Of a stretch of DNA of 42,627 nucleotides, positions 9,820-16,877 are shown one piece after another. A program made the position numbers and the translations under genes. This DNA is from an uncultured Methanosarcinaceae archaeon (GTDB taxonomy: Archaea; Halobacteriota; Methanosarcinia; Methanosarcinales; Methanosarcinaceae), in the NCBI GenBank assembly GCA_963721455.1, contig CAVRJG010000062.1:1-42627 (forward strand), read 5' to 3'. The notes beneath the pieces are model-generated. The model was given only the letters and a program-made list of their open reading frames with translations, was not told where the DNA came from and searched no databases. Each line of letters begins with the position of its first letter. Within the stretch, counting starts at the first letter, position 1.

Positions 9820-9915
9820 AAACTGCCTGAAGTCAATGCCTGAGATATTCTTACCGAGGAAGAAATATTTAAGATGATAGATGCAGCAGCCGACATCAGG
9901 GATAAAACTTTGATT
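9820..9915 (+). pseudogene. Relic of a tyrosine recombinase/integrase
   Basis: KLPE[VNA*]DILTEEEIFKMIDAAADIRDKTLI, the segment that precedes the catalytic Arg box; in-frame TGA at 9841-9843 within a TGCCTGA duplication. Confidence 0.65.
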
Positions 9916-10107
9916 TTCTTTTACCCGCCTTTGGCAGAGATTCGCGCCCGTCCGGTTTCAGAAATATAATTAGCATATCCTCGAAGACTTAATATTGGCA
10001 CTATAAATAATCGTCCGACTCGAGGATACTTGCTAGGCCGGAATAATTATTCCAAGCATTCCTCAAAAACCTCCTGCCAGTGGATGATTCTCTGTTTCCA
10101 TTTACAC

Positions 10108-10141
10108 AGTCCAACATACTAACATTAGTCCAACATACTAA
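10108..10141. promoter_or_regulatory. 15-bp direct repeat upstream of the PKD gene (possible operator)
   Basis: AGTCCAACATACTAA at 10108 and 10127, directly before TTTAAAA. Confidence 0.4.
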
Positions 10142-10196
10142 AATTTAAAATGATTGAATTACTGTAAAATGTAACGAAAAATCAGGAGAATTAGAT

Positions 10197-10610
10197 ATGA
10201 AAACATTTTACAGAAAAACAATTGCACTGTGTCTTTCCCTGGCACTTCTTTTTCTAATTGCGGGAACAGCTGCAGCAGTTGACGCAATAGAGATCAGAGG
10301 TCCATTTGTAGATGTAGAGGAATCCATAGAGGAAGGAGAAACATATTATGAAATTATTTTGGATGAAGGAACCTTTGATGTCGGAGAAGGACCAAGTGCA
10401 AAAATAACCTATAAACTTTTAAATGACGGTGTTTCGATAGATTTTTATGATAATTCAGAGCTTGCAACTGCATGGTATTGGGATTTTGGGGATGGAACGT
10501 ATTCAACCGGGCAGAATCCCATACATAGATATTCACCCTGCGAAAGTTACGAAGTAAAACTCACAGTAAGTAATGAATATGACACTGATTCGACTACTAT
10601 AACCTTATAA
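10197..10610 (+). CDS. Small secreted PKD-domain protein
   Basis: AGGAG RBS; signal peptide ending TAAA; PKD signature WYWDFGDG...NPIHRY...YEVKLTVSN. Confidence 0.85.
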   Translation: MKTFYRKTIALCLSLALLFLIAGTAAAVDAIEIRGPFVDVEESIEEGETYYEIILDEGTFDVGEGPSAKITYKLLNDGVSIDFYDNSELATAWYWDFGDGTYSTGQNPIHRYSPCESYEVKLTVSNEYDTDSTTITL

Positions 10611-10611
10611 A

Positions 10612-10815
10612 ATGCCTAGACTGGAAACTGAAGACGCAAGAAAGTCCCTTTTTCCTCTCCAACCCCTCGCCGAACAAAAACGCATCGTTTAAAAAGTCGA
10701 GCAGCTCATGGGTTTGTGTGATGAACTCGAATTAAAACTAAGAAAAGAGAGGGAAGATAGCGAGAAACTTATAGAAACGATTGTGAAGGGATTGTTAGAG
10801 GGGACTGCCGCTTGA
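10612..10815 (+). pseudogene. hsdS: 3' relic of type I restriction-modification specificity subunit
   Basis: MPRLETEDARKSLFPLQPLAEQKRIV*KVEQLMGLCDELELKL...TIVKGLLEG; matches the conserved PLPPLxEQxRIV helix; internal TAA at 10690-10692. Confidence 0.85.
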
Positions 10816-11019
10816 AAAATAAAAATGAAGTTATGTTAATTCCCGAAAAACCATATTCACCATCCAGAGCCGGTCTTTCCGCCAAGCGCCAGCTCGGGTC
10901 TTTCCGAAAAAGCACAAAAACAAAATGAAAGGCTTTTTAGGAACAGAATTCAACAAATTTTCCATTTTTTGGAAATAGAACACTAAAACTACTTTTTTTA
11001 ATTTATTCATTATGGTAAA

Positions 11020-11042
11020 GCCTCACTGCGTTCGGGACAGGC
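11020..11042. repeat. Short REP-like hairpin of a second type
   Basis: GCCT-CACTGCGTTCGGGAC-AGGC; single copy in the window. Confidence 0.3.
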
Positions 11043-11092
11043 TCCGTTTAAGACGCTAATGATGTTGCTCCGGTTCAATTAAGTTCACTTAT

Positions 11093-11119
11093 CTAGAGGG
11101 GGCTGCTGCCGAAAAATAA
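11093..11119 (+). pseudogene. Second hsdS-like 3' tail (LEGAAAEK*)
   Basis: CTAGAGGGGGCTGCTGCCGAAAAATAA, similar to 10795-10822 and followed by the same A-rich AAGTTATG. Confidence 0.65.
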
Positions 11120-11150
11120 AAATAAAGTTATGGATCTTCGCCAAAAGTTA

Positions 11151-11226
11151 GTCCTCTTGAGCGAAGCAAAGCGGAGCGAAAAGGACTGCGTACTCCCGAG
11201 GCGCAATTCGGGTGGCGAAAATCGGG
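11151..11226 (+). repeat. REP-like double hairpin copy A (2 tail units, loop insertion)
   Basis: GTCCTCTTGAGCGAAG[CAAAGCGGAG]CGAAAAGGAC + CTCCCGA...TCGGG. Confidence 0.9.
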
Positions 11227-11228
11227 TG

Positions 11229-11347
11229 AGAAAAGATATTGTGAATAATGTTAATGGGGAATGGGCATCCGGTTATTGGGGAGTTGGGGGGTATGGGGGT
11301 TATAAAAAGAGTTAAAAAGATCTTTAGTGACCTTCCCAGATGCCCAG
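11229..11347 (-). ncRNA. Candidate structured small RNA, copy 1
   Basis: TTATATA (11376-11370) upstream; closing stem GGGCAUCUGG/CCGGAUGCCC, internal hairpin AAGGUC/GAUCUU, C-rich loop, U-rich end. Confidence 0.6.
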
Positions 11348-11473
11348 CATCCTAGTCGATTTAATGGTATATATAATTAAAGTTTAATAATTTATTAATG
11401 AAGTGCCATCAAGGCAACTGTACGTTATTTGCTGGTAGAGTTTCGAAACTAAATATAAAATGAGTTATTCTAA

Positions 11474-11539
11474 GTCCTCTTGAGCGAAGCGAAAAGGACT
11501 TCGTGCTCCCGAAGCGAAACTCGGGAAGCGAAACTCGGG
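11474..11539 (+). repeat. REP-like double hairpin copy B (2 tail units)
   Basis: GTCCTCTTGAGCGAAGCGAAAAGGAC...CTCCCG(AAGCGAAACTCGGG)x2. Confidence 0.9.
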
Positions 11540-11573
11540 AAGGTTTAAATTTAAAAAAATGAGATATATCAAC

Positions 11574-11870
11574 ATGCAAACTGTGGAAGAACGGGAAGAT
11601 CTGTTTCGCAAAATCTCTTCTTTTCTGAAAAAATATGGGGCAACTAAAGTCTCCGTTTTTGGATCTTACGTGAGGGGAGAAGAGAAACCGGAAAGTGATA
11701 TTGATGTTCTGGTTGAGTTTGCCGAGCGAAAAAGCCTGTTAACTCTTGTGAATATCGAACTGGAACTTTCGGATTGCCTGGGAATAAAAGTGGATCTGCT
11801 AACTGAAAAATCGATAAGTCCGTACCTTATAGACGGAATTAAAAAAGAGGCCAGAGTGATCTCTGAATGA
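11574..11870 (+). CDS. MNT minimal nucleotidyltransferase antitoxin (MntA-like)
   Basis: GSx10DxD ([15 protein letters not shown]); TTTAAA at 11544-11549 lies about 25 nt before ATG 11574, suggesting a leaderless mRNA (ORF track start is 11559). Confidence 0.92.
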   Translation: MQTVEEREDLFRKISSFLKKYGATKVSVFGSYVRGEEKPESDIDVLVEFAERKSLLTLVNIELELSDCLGIKVDLLTEKSISPYLIDGIKKEARVISE

Positions 11871-12217
11871 AAAGGGATGACAGGGTATATCTCAGCCACA
11901 TCCTCCAGTCAGTCTCCTTGATCGAAAAATATACGGAAAATCTTACCGAAGAAGAGTTTCTGTCAAATAGCCTTGTTCAGGACGGAACTATCAGGCAAAT
12001 CCAGATAATCGGTGAAGCTACTAAAAATCTATCAAAGTCTCAGAGAGAAAAATATCCGCAGGTCCACTGGAGAGGAATAGCAGGTATGAGAGATAAACTG
12101 ATCCACGATTATTTCGGCGTGGATATTAATGCTGTATGGGATACCGTAAAAGAGGACATTCCTGCTCTCAAAAAAGTAGTCGTGAAAATTATCCATGATC
12201 TTAATGAAAACGCTTAA
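11867..12217 (+). CDS. HEPN/DUF86 ribonuclease toxin (HepT-like)
   Basis: IIGEA motif and intact Rx4HxY (RDKLIHDY); ATGA overlap with the MNT gene. Confidence 0.92.
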   Translation: MKRDDRVYLSHILQSVSLIEKYTENLTEEEFLSNSLVQDGTIRQIQIIGEATKNLSKSQREKYPQVHWRGIAGMRDKLIHDYFGVDINAVWDTVKEDIPALKKVVVKIIHDLNENA

Positions 12218-12292
12218 TCTTTTTTAATTTCTCATCAAGAAAGAATCAGCCAGCTAAAAACAAAAAAAAGTTATGAAAAACTTACATTAAAA

Positions 12293-12344
12293 GTCCTCTT
12301 GAGCGAAGCGAAAAGGACCGCGTACTCCCGAAGCGGAACTCGGG
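12293..12344 (+). repeat. REP-like double hairpin copy C (1 tail unit)
   Basis: GTCCTCTTGAGCGAAGCGAAAAGGACCGCGTACTCCCGAAGCGGAACTCGGG. Confidence 0.9.
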
Positions 12345-12429
12345 TAGGAAAAAATATTTATCATGCGTTGAGATATATAAAAATGATCACAAATACCAGC
12401 TAATCTAACCAGAAACGGGCCGCTGATGC

Positions 12430-13173
12430 ATGACAAAAGATGAACGTATAAGGTTTCCACCAGGTTCATATCAGGCTCTTCATAAAGGCATCTGCTACAG
12501 AATAGATCCTGAGAATGACATCGTGGAAATGACCCAAAAGCTAAAGTTCAAATATAGTCCTGAGAGTAAAGACGAGACTATTAATCTGGTCAACAAACTT
12601 GGAGTAGAAAAAATTCAAAAAAGACTCGGATTATTCTCAGAACTCCTCGTTATTTCAATACTATTATTCCTATTTTTGACGCTTTTCCCAACTTATTTCC
12701 CTGGAAAATCCGAGAACCTTCTAAATGTGGGAAGGTTTCTCACAGTTGTTTCAGAAATTGCCTTTCTTTATATGTTTGGTCATTATAAAGCCACAATGAA
12801 TTATTACAGGGATTCGTACTGCGAAAAATGTGGGAAGTATTTTGTGTTTCAGGAATTTCAGGCTCCCTTAATGAAAGAGGAAAGCAAAACTGACGCTTAT
12901 ACAAAAACATTAACAAAACACTGGCGTTGTAAAAAATGCGGATATGAAGATATAAAAGTTGAACCCCAACCCATAGGTCACCACTATGAGGAAAAACAAC
13001 ACAGCTTAAAAGAAGATACCTGTGAGGAATGCGGGAAAGAACATGCAATAGAAGAATACAGGAATGTTGATGTATTAAATTATGCTACCAGAAAAAAAAT
13101 AAGGTATTTTAAATGCAGACACTGCGGCTATCACGAAATCAGACTCAATAAAAAGTTAAGTATGATTAAATAA
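12430..13173 (+). CDS. 2-TM protein with tandem C-terminal zinc ribbons
   Basis: Two hydrophobic helices, then CEKC/CKKC and CEEC/CRHC pairs, with closing motifs CGYED and CGYHE. Confidence 0.85.
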   Translation: MTKDERIRFPPGSYQALHKGICYRIDPENDIVEMTQKLKFKYSPESKDETINLVNKLGVEKIQKRLGLFSELLVISILLFLFLTLFPTYFPGKSENLLNVGRFLTVVSEIAFLYMFGHYKATMNYYRDSYCEKCGKYFVFQEFQAPLMKEESKTDAYTKTLTKHWRCKKCGYEDIKVEPQPIGHHYEEKQHSLKEDTCEECGKEHAIEEYRNVDVLNYATRKKIRYFKCRHCGYHEIRLNKKLSMIK

Positions 13174-13221
13174 ATTGGACGGCTTTTTTACAATTTACTA
13201 CAGATATTCCCGGCCATAATA

Positions 13222-13266
13222 ACGATTGTCAGGAATTTGTTAGAACAGGCTGCCGCCGAAAAATAA
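13222..13266 (+). pseudogene. Third hsdS-like 3' tail (TIVRNLLEQAAAEK*)
   Basis: Aligns with TIVKGLLEGTAA at 10777-10812. Confidence 0.7.
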
Positions 13267-13297
13267 AAATTAAGTAATGAAACGTCGCCTAAAATTC

Positions 13298-13390
13298 GTC
13301 CTCTTGAGCGAAGCGAAAAGGACCCCGTGCTCCCGAAGCGGAACTCGGGAAGTGGAACTCGGGAAGCGGAACTCGGGAAGCGCAATTCGG
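13298..13390 (+). repeat. REP-like double hairpin copy D (4 tail units)
   Basis: Same core followed by AAGCGGAACTCGGG-type 14-mers x4. Confidence 0.9.
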
Positions 13391-13393
13391 CTG

Positions 13394-13513
13394 AGAAAAG
13401 ATATTGTGAATAATATTAATGGGGAATGGGCATCCGGTTATTGGGGAGTTGGGGGGTATGGGGGGTTATAAAAAGAGTTAAAAAGGTCTTTAGTGACCTT
13501 CCCAGATGCCCAT
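13394..13513 (-). ncRNA. Candidate structured small RNA, copy 2
   Basis: TTTATATA (13541-13534) upstream; near-identical to copy 1; internal hairpin AAGGUC/GACCUU is fully Watson-Crick here. Confidence 0.6.
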
Positions 13514-13742
13514 CAATCTAGTGTACTTCATGATATATAAAGTTAAAGATTTAATCGTGTATTGGCGAAGTATCATCGGACCGGACATAAAATAGATTTA
13601 GTGCAAAACGTCCCGGCTGTTCAGATGGAAATTTCCAGATCTATGGTAACCGTGATACCACTTATAATGTTCACTGTCTCCATGCAGTGCATTATTTAAG
13701 GAAATTAATATGAGAAACTGAAGCAAAGTCCGGAAATACGGA

Positions 13743-14090
13743 TTACTTTTCATTCAAAATTTTAGCGATAAACGGCTTTAAGGATGAAACATCCTCCACT
13801 GCTATATCCCAGATGGCTTCAAGATCAATACCAAAATCGCCGTGTACCATTTTATCGCGCAATCCGGTCATTTCTCTCCATGGGACCTCAGGATGCCTCC
13901 TTTTTAAAGAATCCGGCAAATTTTTCGTTGCCTCCCCAATAATTTCGAGAGCCAGGATTACGGCATATATGGTTTTGTCATCCGTGGAAAAGTCATCAAA
14001 TTCGAATCCTTCAATAAAATTTTCTATTTTTTCGATCGAATCAAGAATGTCAATCAAAAAATCCTCTGGGTCTCTTTCTTCGGCTCTCAT
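13743..14090 (-). CDS. Orphan HEPN/DUF86 protein with Rx4HxD variant motif
   Basis: LEIIGEA and PWREMTGLRDKMVHGDFGID motifs. Confidence 0.88.
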   Translation of the reverse strand: MRAEERDPEDFLIDILDSIEKIENFIEGFEFDDFSTDDKTIYAVILALEIIGEATKNLPDSLKRRHPEVPWREMTGLRDKMVHGDFGIDLEAIWDIAVEDVSSLKPFIAKILNEK

Positions 14091-14143
14091 AAAGCCATTA
14101 CCTCGTTAAGAACTCGTTTTCCAATGACGGGAATACGACTCAT
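14087..14143 (-). pseudogene. Collapsed MNT antitoxin gene (18 aa)
   Basis: MSRIPVIGKRVLNEVMAL*: resembles the C-terminal helix of MNT proteins; ATGA overlap with HEPN; AGGAG upstream. Confidence 0.6.
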
Positions 14144-14318
14144 ATCTATTTGTTATTTTCTCCTGCCCTCCCCTTATAAGAGCGTGGCACACAAAAGGAC
14201 TGCCCTTCAAGTCGATTATAGTTTCAAACGTAAATATTTACACTAATTCGCTCAAGAGTCTATAATAACCACGGAAAACACGGAAAAGTTGCAATTTCGT
14301 AATAAATCCTTTTAATTA

Positions 14319-14398
14319 GTCCTCTTGAGCGAAGCGAAAAGGACCGCGTACTCCCGAGGCGCAATTCGGGTGGCGCAATTCGGGTGGCGCAATTCGGG
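14319..14398 (+). repeat. REP-like double hairpin copy E (3 tail units)
   Basis: Same core followed by (A/T)GGCGCAATTCGGG x3. Confidence 0.9.
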
Positions 14399-14491
14399 TG
14401 GTAGCTCGCCTTTCGGTTCGAGATTGGTGAAAGAGACCAGATAATTAACTTTAGATCATAGCTTTGTGGACAAATCGTGAGAAAAAAATGG

Positions 14492-14874
14492 ATGGAGAAT
14501 AAAATGAATAACAAAATTGACCTGAAAAACGTTGCCTGGTTCCTGACACTTGCTTTCGTCCCGACGGTTGCCGTGTCCGTGATAATTCGAAGCATACAGG
14601 TAAACCTTGCTGGCAAAACGATGGTTTATTACAATCTTTTTCTTCTCGCAGTCATGTTCTTTCCCGGCGTTTCGGCTTTCATTGTTAGGAAATTCATTAC
14701 AAAAGAGAGCTGTGAGGATTCGGGACTGAGATTTGGTTCGTGGAAACCCTAGCTGCAAGTTGCTCTATTCATTCCACTTATCCGGATTATAACCGCCTGA
14801 TAGGAGACATAGGAGGGTTCATCGGAGTGATTATTCTGCTGCCTGTTGCCCTGTATTACCTTAGAAAAGGCTGA
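14492..14874 (+). pseudogene. CPBP/CAAX (Abi) intramembrane protease relic with internal deletion
   Basis: N-terminus ...MFFPGVSAFIVRK...GLRFGSWKP*LQVALFIPL, then in another frame YPDYNRLIGDIGGFIGVIILLPVALYYLRKG*; the catalytic EExxxR core is absent. Confidence 0.65.
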
Positions 14875-14909
14875 GTTCGGAAGGGAATAAACAGGGGGTC
14901 CGGAAGGAA

Positions 14910-15035
14910 AAATAAAAATAAAAATAAAAAATAAAAAGTGGTGTGTATTGAGAATGGGCATCTTCAAAGGGATGGGATTCGAGAATCTGTCAAGAACTCT
15001 TAAGCTGTTTTGAAGAGTACCTTCTCAGACGTCCG
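14910..15035 (-). ncRNA. Candidate small RNA, diverged copy 3
   Basis: TTATATAC (15063-15056); 5' GGACGUCUGAGAAGGUAC and 3' AGAUGCCCAUUC conserved, middle different, long U tracts at the end. Confidence 0.45.
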
Positions 15036-15154
15036 TAACTATGATAACCTTTTGAGTATATAATCAGAAGGTATCCGAAAGTATACTCTACCTTCATATA
15101 TTAACAAATGAATAAATGTTATTCTGTAAATTTTTAAATCCGTAAATTACTTCT

Positions 15155-15892
15155 TCAAAGCACATATTTCCAGCCTTCTTTTTTCAGGCTTTTCCTGTGT
15201 TCTTCATAATCAGGCATCAGTTGTTTGACCAGTTTCCAGAACTGCGCGGAATGATTTTTCTCTATCACGTGGCAGAGTTCATGCACTACCACGTACTCAA
15301 GCTGCTCGGGCGGGGCCATTACAAGCTGAAAGTTGACCCTGAGGACATTGTCTGCAGAGCAGCTTCCCCAGCGCCTTTTCTGATGCTTTACCTTAAAAAC
15401 CGGAGGCGTTATCCCGAGCTTTTTTGAATAAACCTTCAGAACCCTTTCGACTTCTTCTTCGGCACGCTCGCTATAGAAATTCCAGACAGCTTTTTTTACA
15501 AGAAGAGGAAGCATGTCTTCAGAAATTTTTTTTGGGACCACAACATTCAGTTCAGAATCTTTAACGGATACTATGAGTTCTTTAACACCATCAAGGGCTA
15601 TGATTTTCAGAGGAGATTCCCTGCCGAGATAAAGATATATTTCATCTTCACAATACTGCTTTTTTTGATCAGGCAGCCGGTTTACCTCGAACCACTCAAG
15701 TTTTTTTAGTATCCAGCCAGCCTTCCCACTAACCATATTCCTTATAGTTTCAGAACTCAGGCCATGAGGAGCCCTGAACTCAATTTTCAGGTCAGGACGG
15801 ATCACAATTGATGCCTTATTCCGTTTCTTACTGTATACTATTTCGTAGTTTATCGTCCTGCCACAGGCTTTGATGCTATCGTTTTTACTCAT
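15155..15892 (-). CDS. M48/YgjP (DUF45) SprT-like zinc metallopeptidase family protein
   Basis: KRRWGSCS, YVVVHELCH and NHSAQFW motifs; ATG 15892 preferred over TTG 15916. Confidence 0.93.
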   Translation of the reverse strand: MSKNDSIKACGRTINYEIVYSKKRNKASIVIRPDLKIEFRAPHGLSSETIRNMVSGKAGWILKKLEWFEVNRLPDQKKQYCEDEIYLYLGRESPLKIIALDGVKELIVSVKDSELNVVVPKKISEDMLPLLVKKAVWNFYSERAEEEVERVLKVYSKKLGITPPVFKVKHQKRRWGSCSADNVLRVNFQLVMAPPEQLEYVVVHELCHVIEKNHSAQFWKLVKQLMPDYEEHRKSLKKEGWKYVL

Positions 15893-16109
15893 CCAGACTT
15901 CCTCAGCTTTTAACAAGTTTCCAATTATTCATTTAATTACTTTTCTTTAATCTCCGGTTTTATCTCAATACTACTGTGCCATTAACAATCTCATTTTTTA
16001 GAACAATATATAGCGGATTTTTTTAGCAAACCGGAAAGTATACAACAGAGACTTTGACCAATTCCTTATTTAATGCCGGTTGATGCCAGATCCTTTTTGC
16101 CATTCCAGT

Positions 16110-16877
16110 TCACTCGTTGAACTTTTTGTAAAGGAAGTTTGCCGTGATCTGAAAAATAAGTATGAAGATCACCAGTGCCATAATATCCAGCAGCGGTGAA
16201 AAAAGCGATTTACCGGTATATGCATACTCGATCATATCATTTCCGTAGGTAAGGGGGGATATAAGTGCGATCTCCTGGCCGATCCTGGGCATAGCAGATA
16301 TAGGGATAAAAACACCGGAGATAAAGATAAGCGGCAGCCTGACCGTGTTGAGCATCGACATAACCTCACCCACGTTCTCGGTAGGATACGCAGCGAACAG
16401 TGTCCCAAGCGTCGCAAAACAGAATGCTGTAAGTATCATAGAAATAACGAGGATCGGTGCATTCATAATAGGCGTACTGAAAATAACGACACCGACGGCA
16501 AGCGGGAGGCATGCGATGCCGAGGCTATAGAGAAAACCGCTCAGGCTCTCACCCGACACCAGTGAATGTAAGGAGATCGGTGCCGAGAGTAGACGTTCAA
16601 AGGTCTTTACCCGCCGTTCAATGGGTATGGAGACCGGCTCTATCGATGAAGCCGAAAACAGGAGGGTGATCGAGATCAGCCCCGGGATCAGGGTGCCTGG
16701 CGGGGTGTTCTTCCCTATGGCAAAGGCCAGGAACATAAAGAGCGGGAAGAAGATGCCGGAAACGATGATGTTGGGCTTGAGGTAGTAGATCCGCATGTCC
16801 TTTCTGGCTATCGCCCATGCAGCGGACATCTCACAGGAAAGACGTTTTGCCCACCCCTCATGATCAGTCGATGGCAT
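16110..16877 (-). CDS. ABC-2 type exporter permease
   Basis: 6 TM; ERRVKTFERLLSAP, FISGVFIP and SPLTY motifs; ATG 16877 follows GGTGGTG. Confidence 0.9.
   Translation of the reverse strand: MPSTDHEGWAKRLSCEMSAAWAIARKDMRIYYLKPNIIVSGIFFPLFMFLAFAIGKNTPPGTLIPGLISITLLFSASSIEPVSIPIERRVKTFERLLSAPISLHSLVSGESLSGFLYSLGIACLPLAVGVVIFSTPIMNAPILVISMILTAFCFATLGTLFAAYPTENVGEVMSMLNTVRLPLIFISGVFIPISAMPRIGQEIALISPLTYGNDMIEYAYTGKSLFSPLLDIMALVIFILIFQITANFLYKKFNE

Noticed and set aside
11130-13471. ORFs 11130-11315, 13277-13471, 13188-13385 and 12287-12469 (also 14260-14616)
   Set aside because: They are translations of the repeat modules; the frame is not conserved between copies (14-bp units, G-run length change).
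11326-13513. Micro-ORFs MLGIWEGH* and MGIWEGH* at the 5' end of sRNA copies 1 and 2
   Set aside because: Only 7-8 codons, absent from copy 3, and explained by stem conservation; Ribo-seq would be needed to revive it.
11151-14398. REP copies as CRISPR repeats or canonical attC sites
   Set aside because: Spacing is 300-1000 bp with whole genes between, and the copies lack RYYYAAC/GTTRRRY ends.
14750-14752. In-frame TAG in the CAAX relic as a pyrrolysine codon
   Set aside because: The gene is also internally deleted and frameshifted, so read-through would not give a functional protein.
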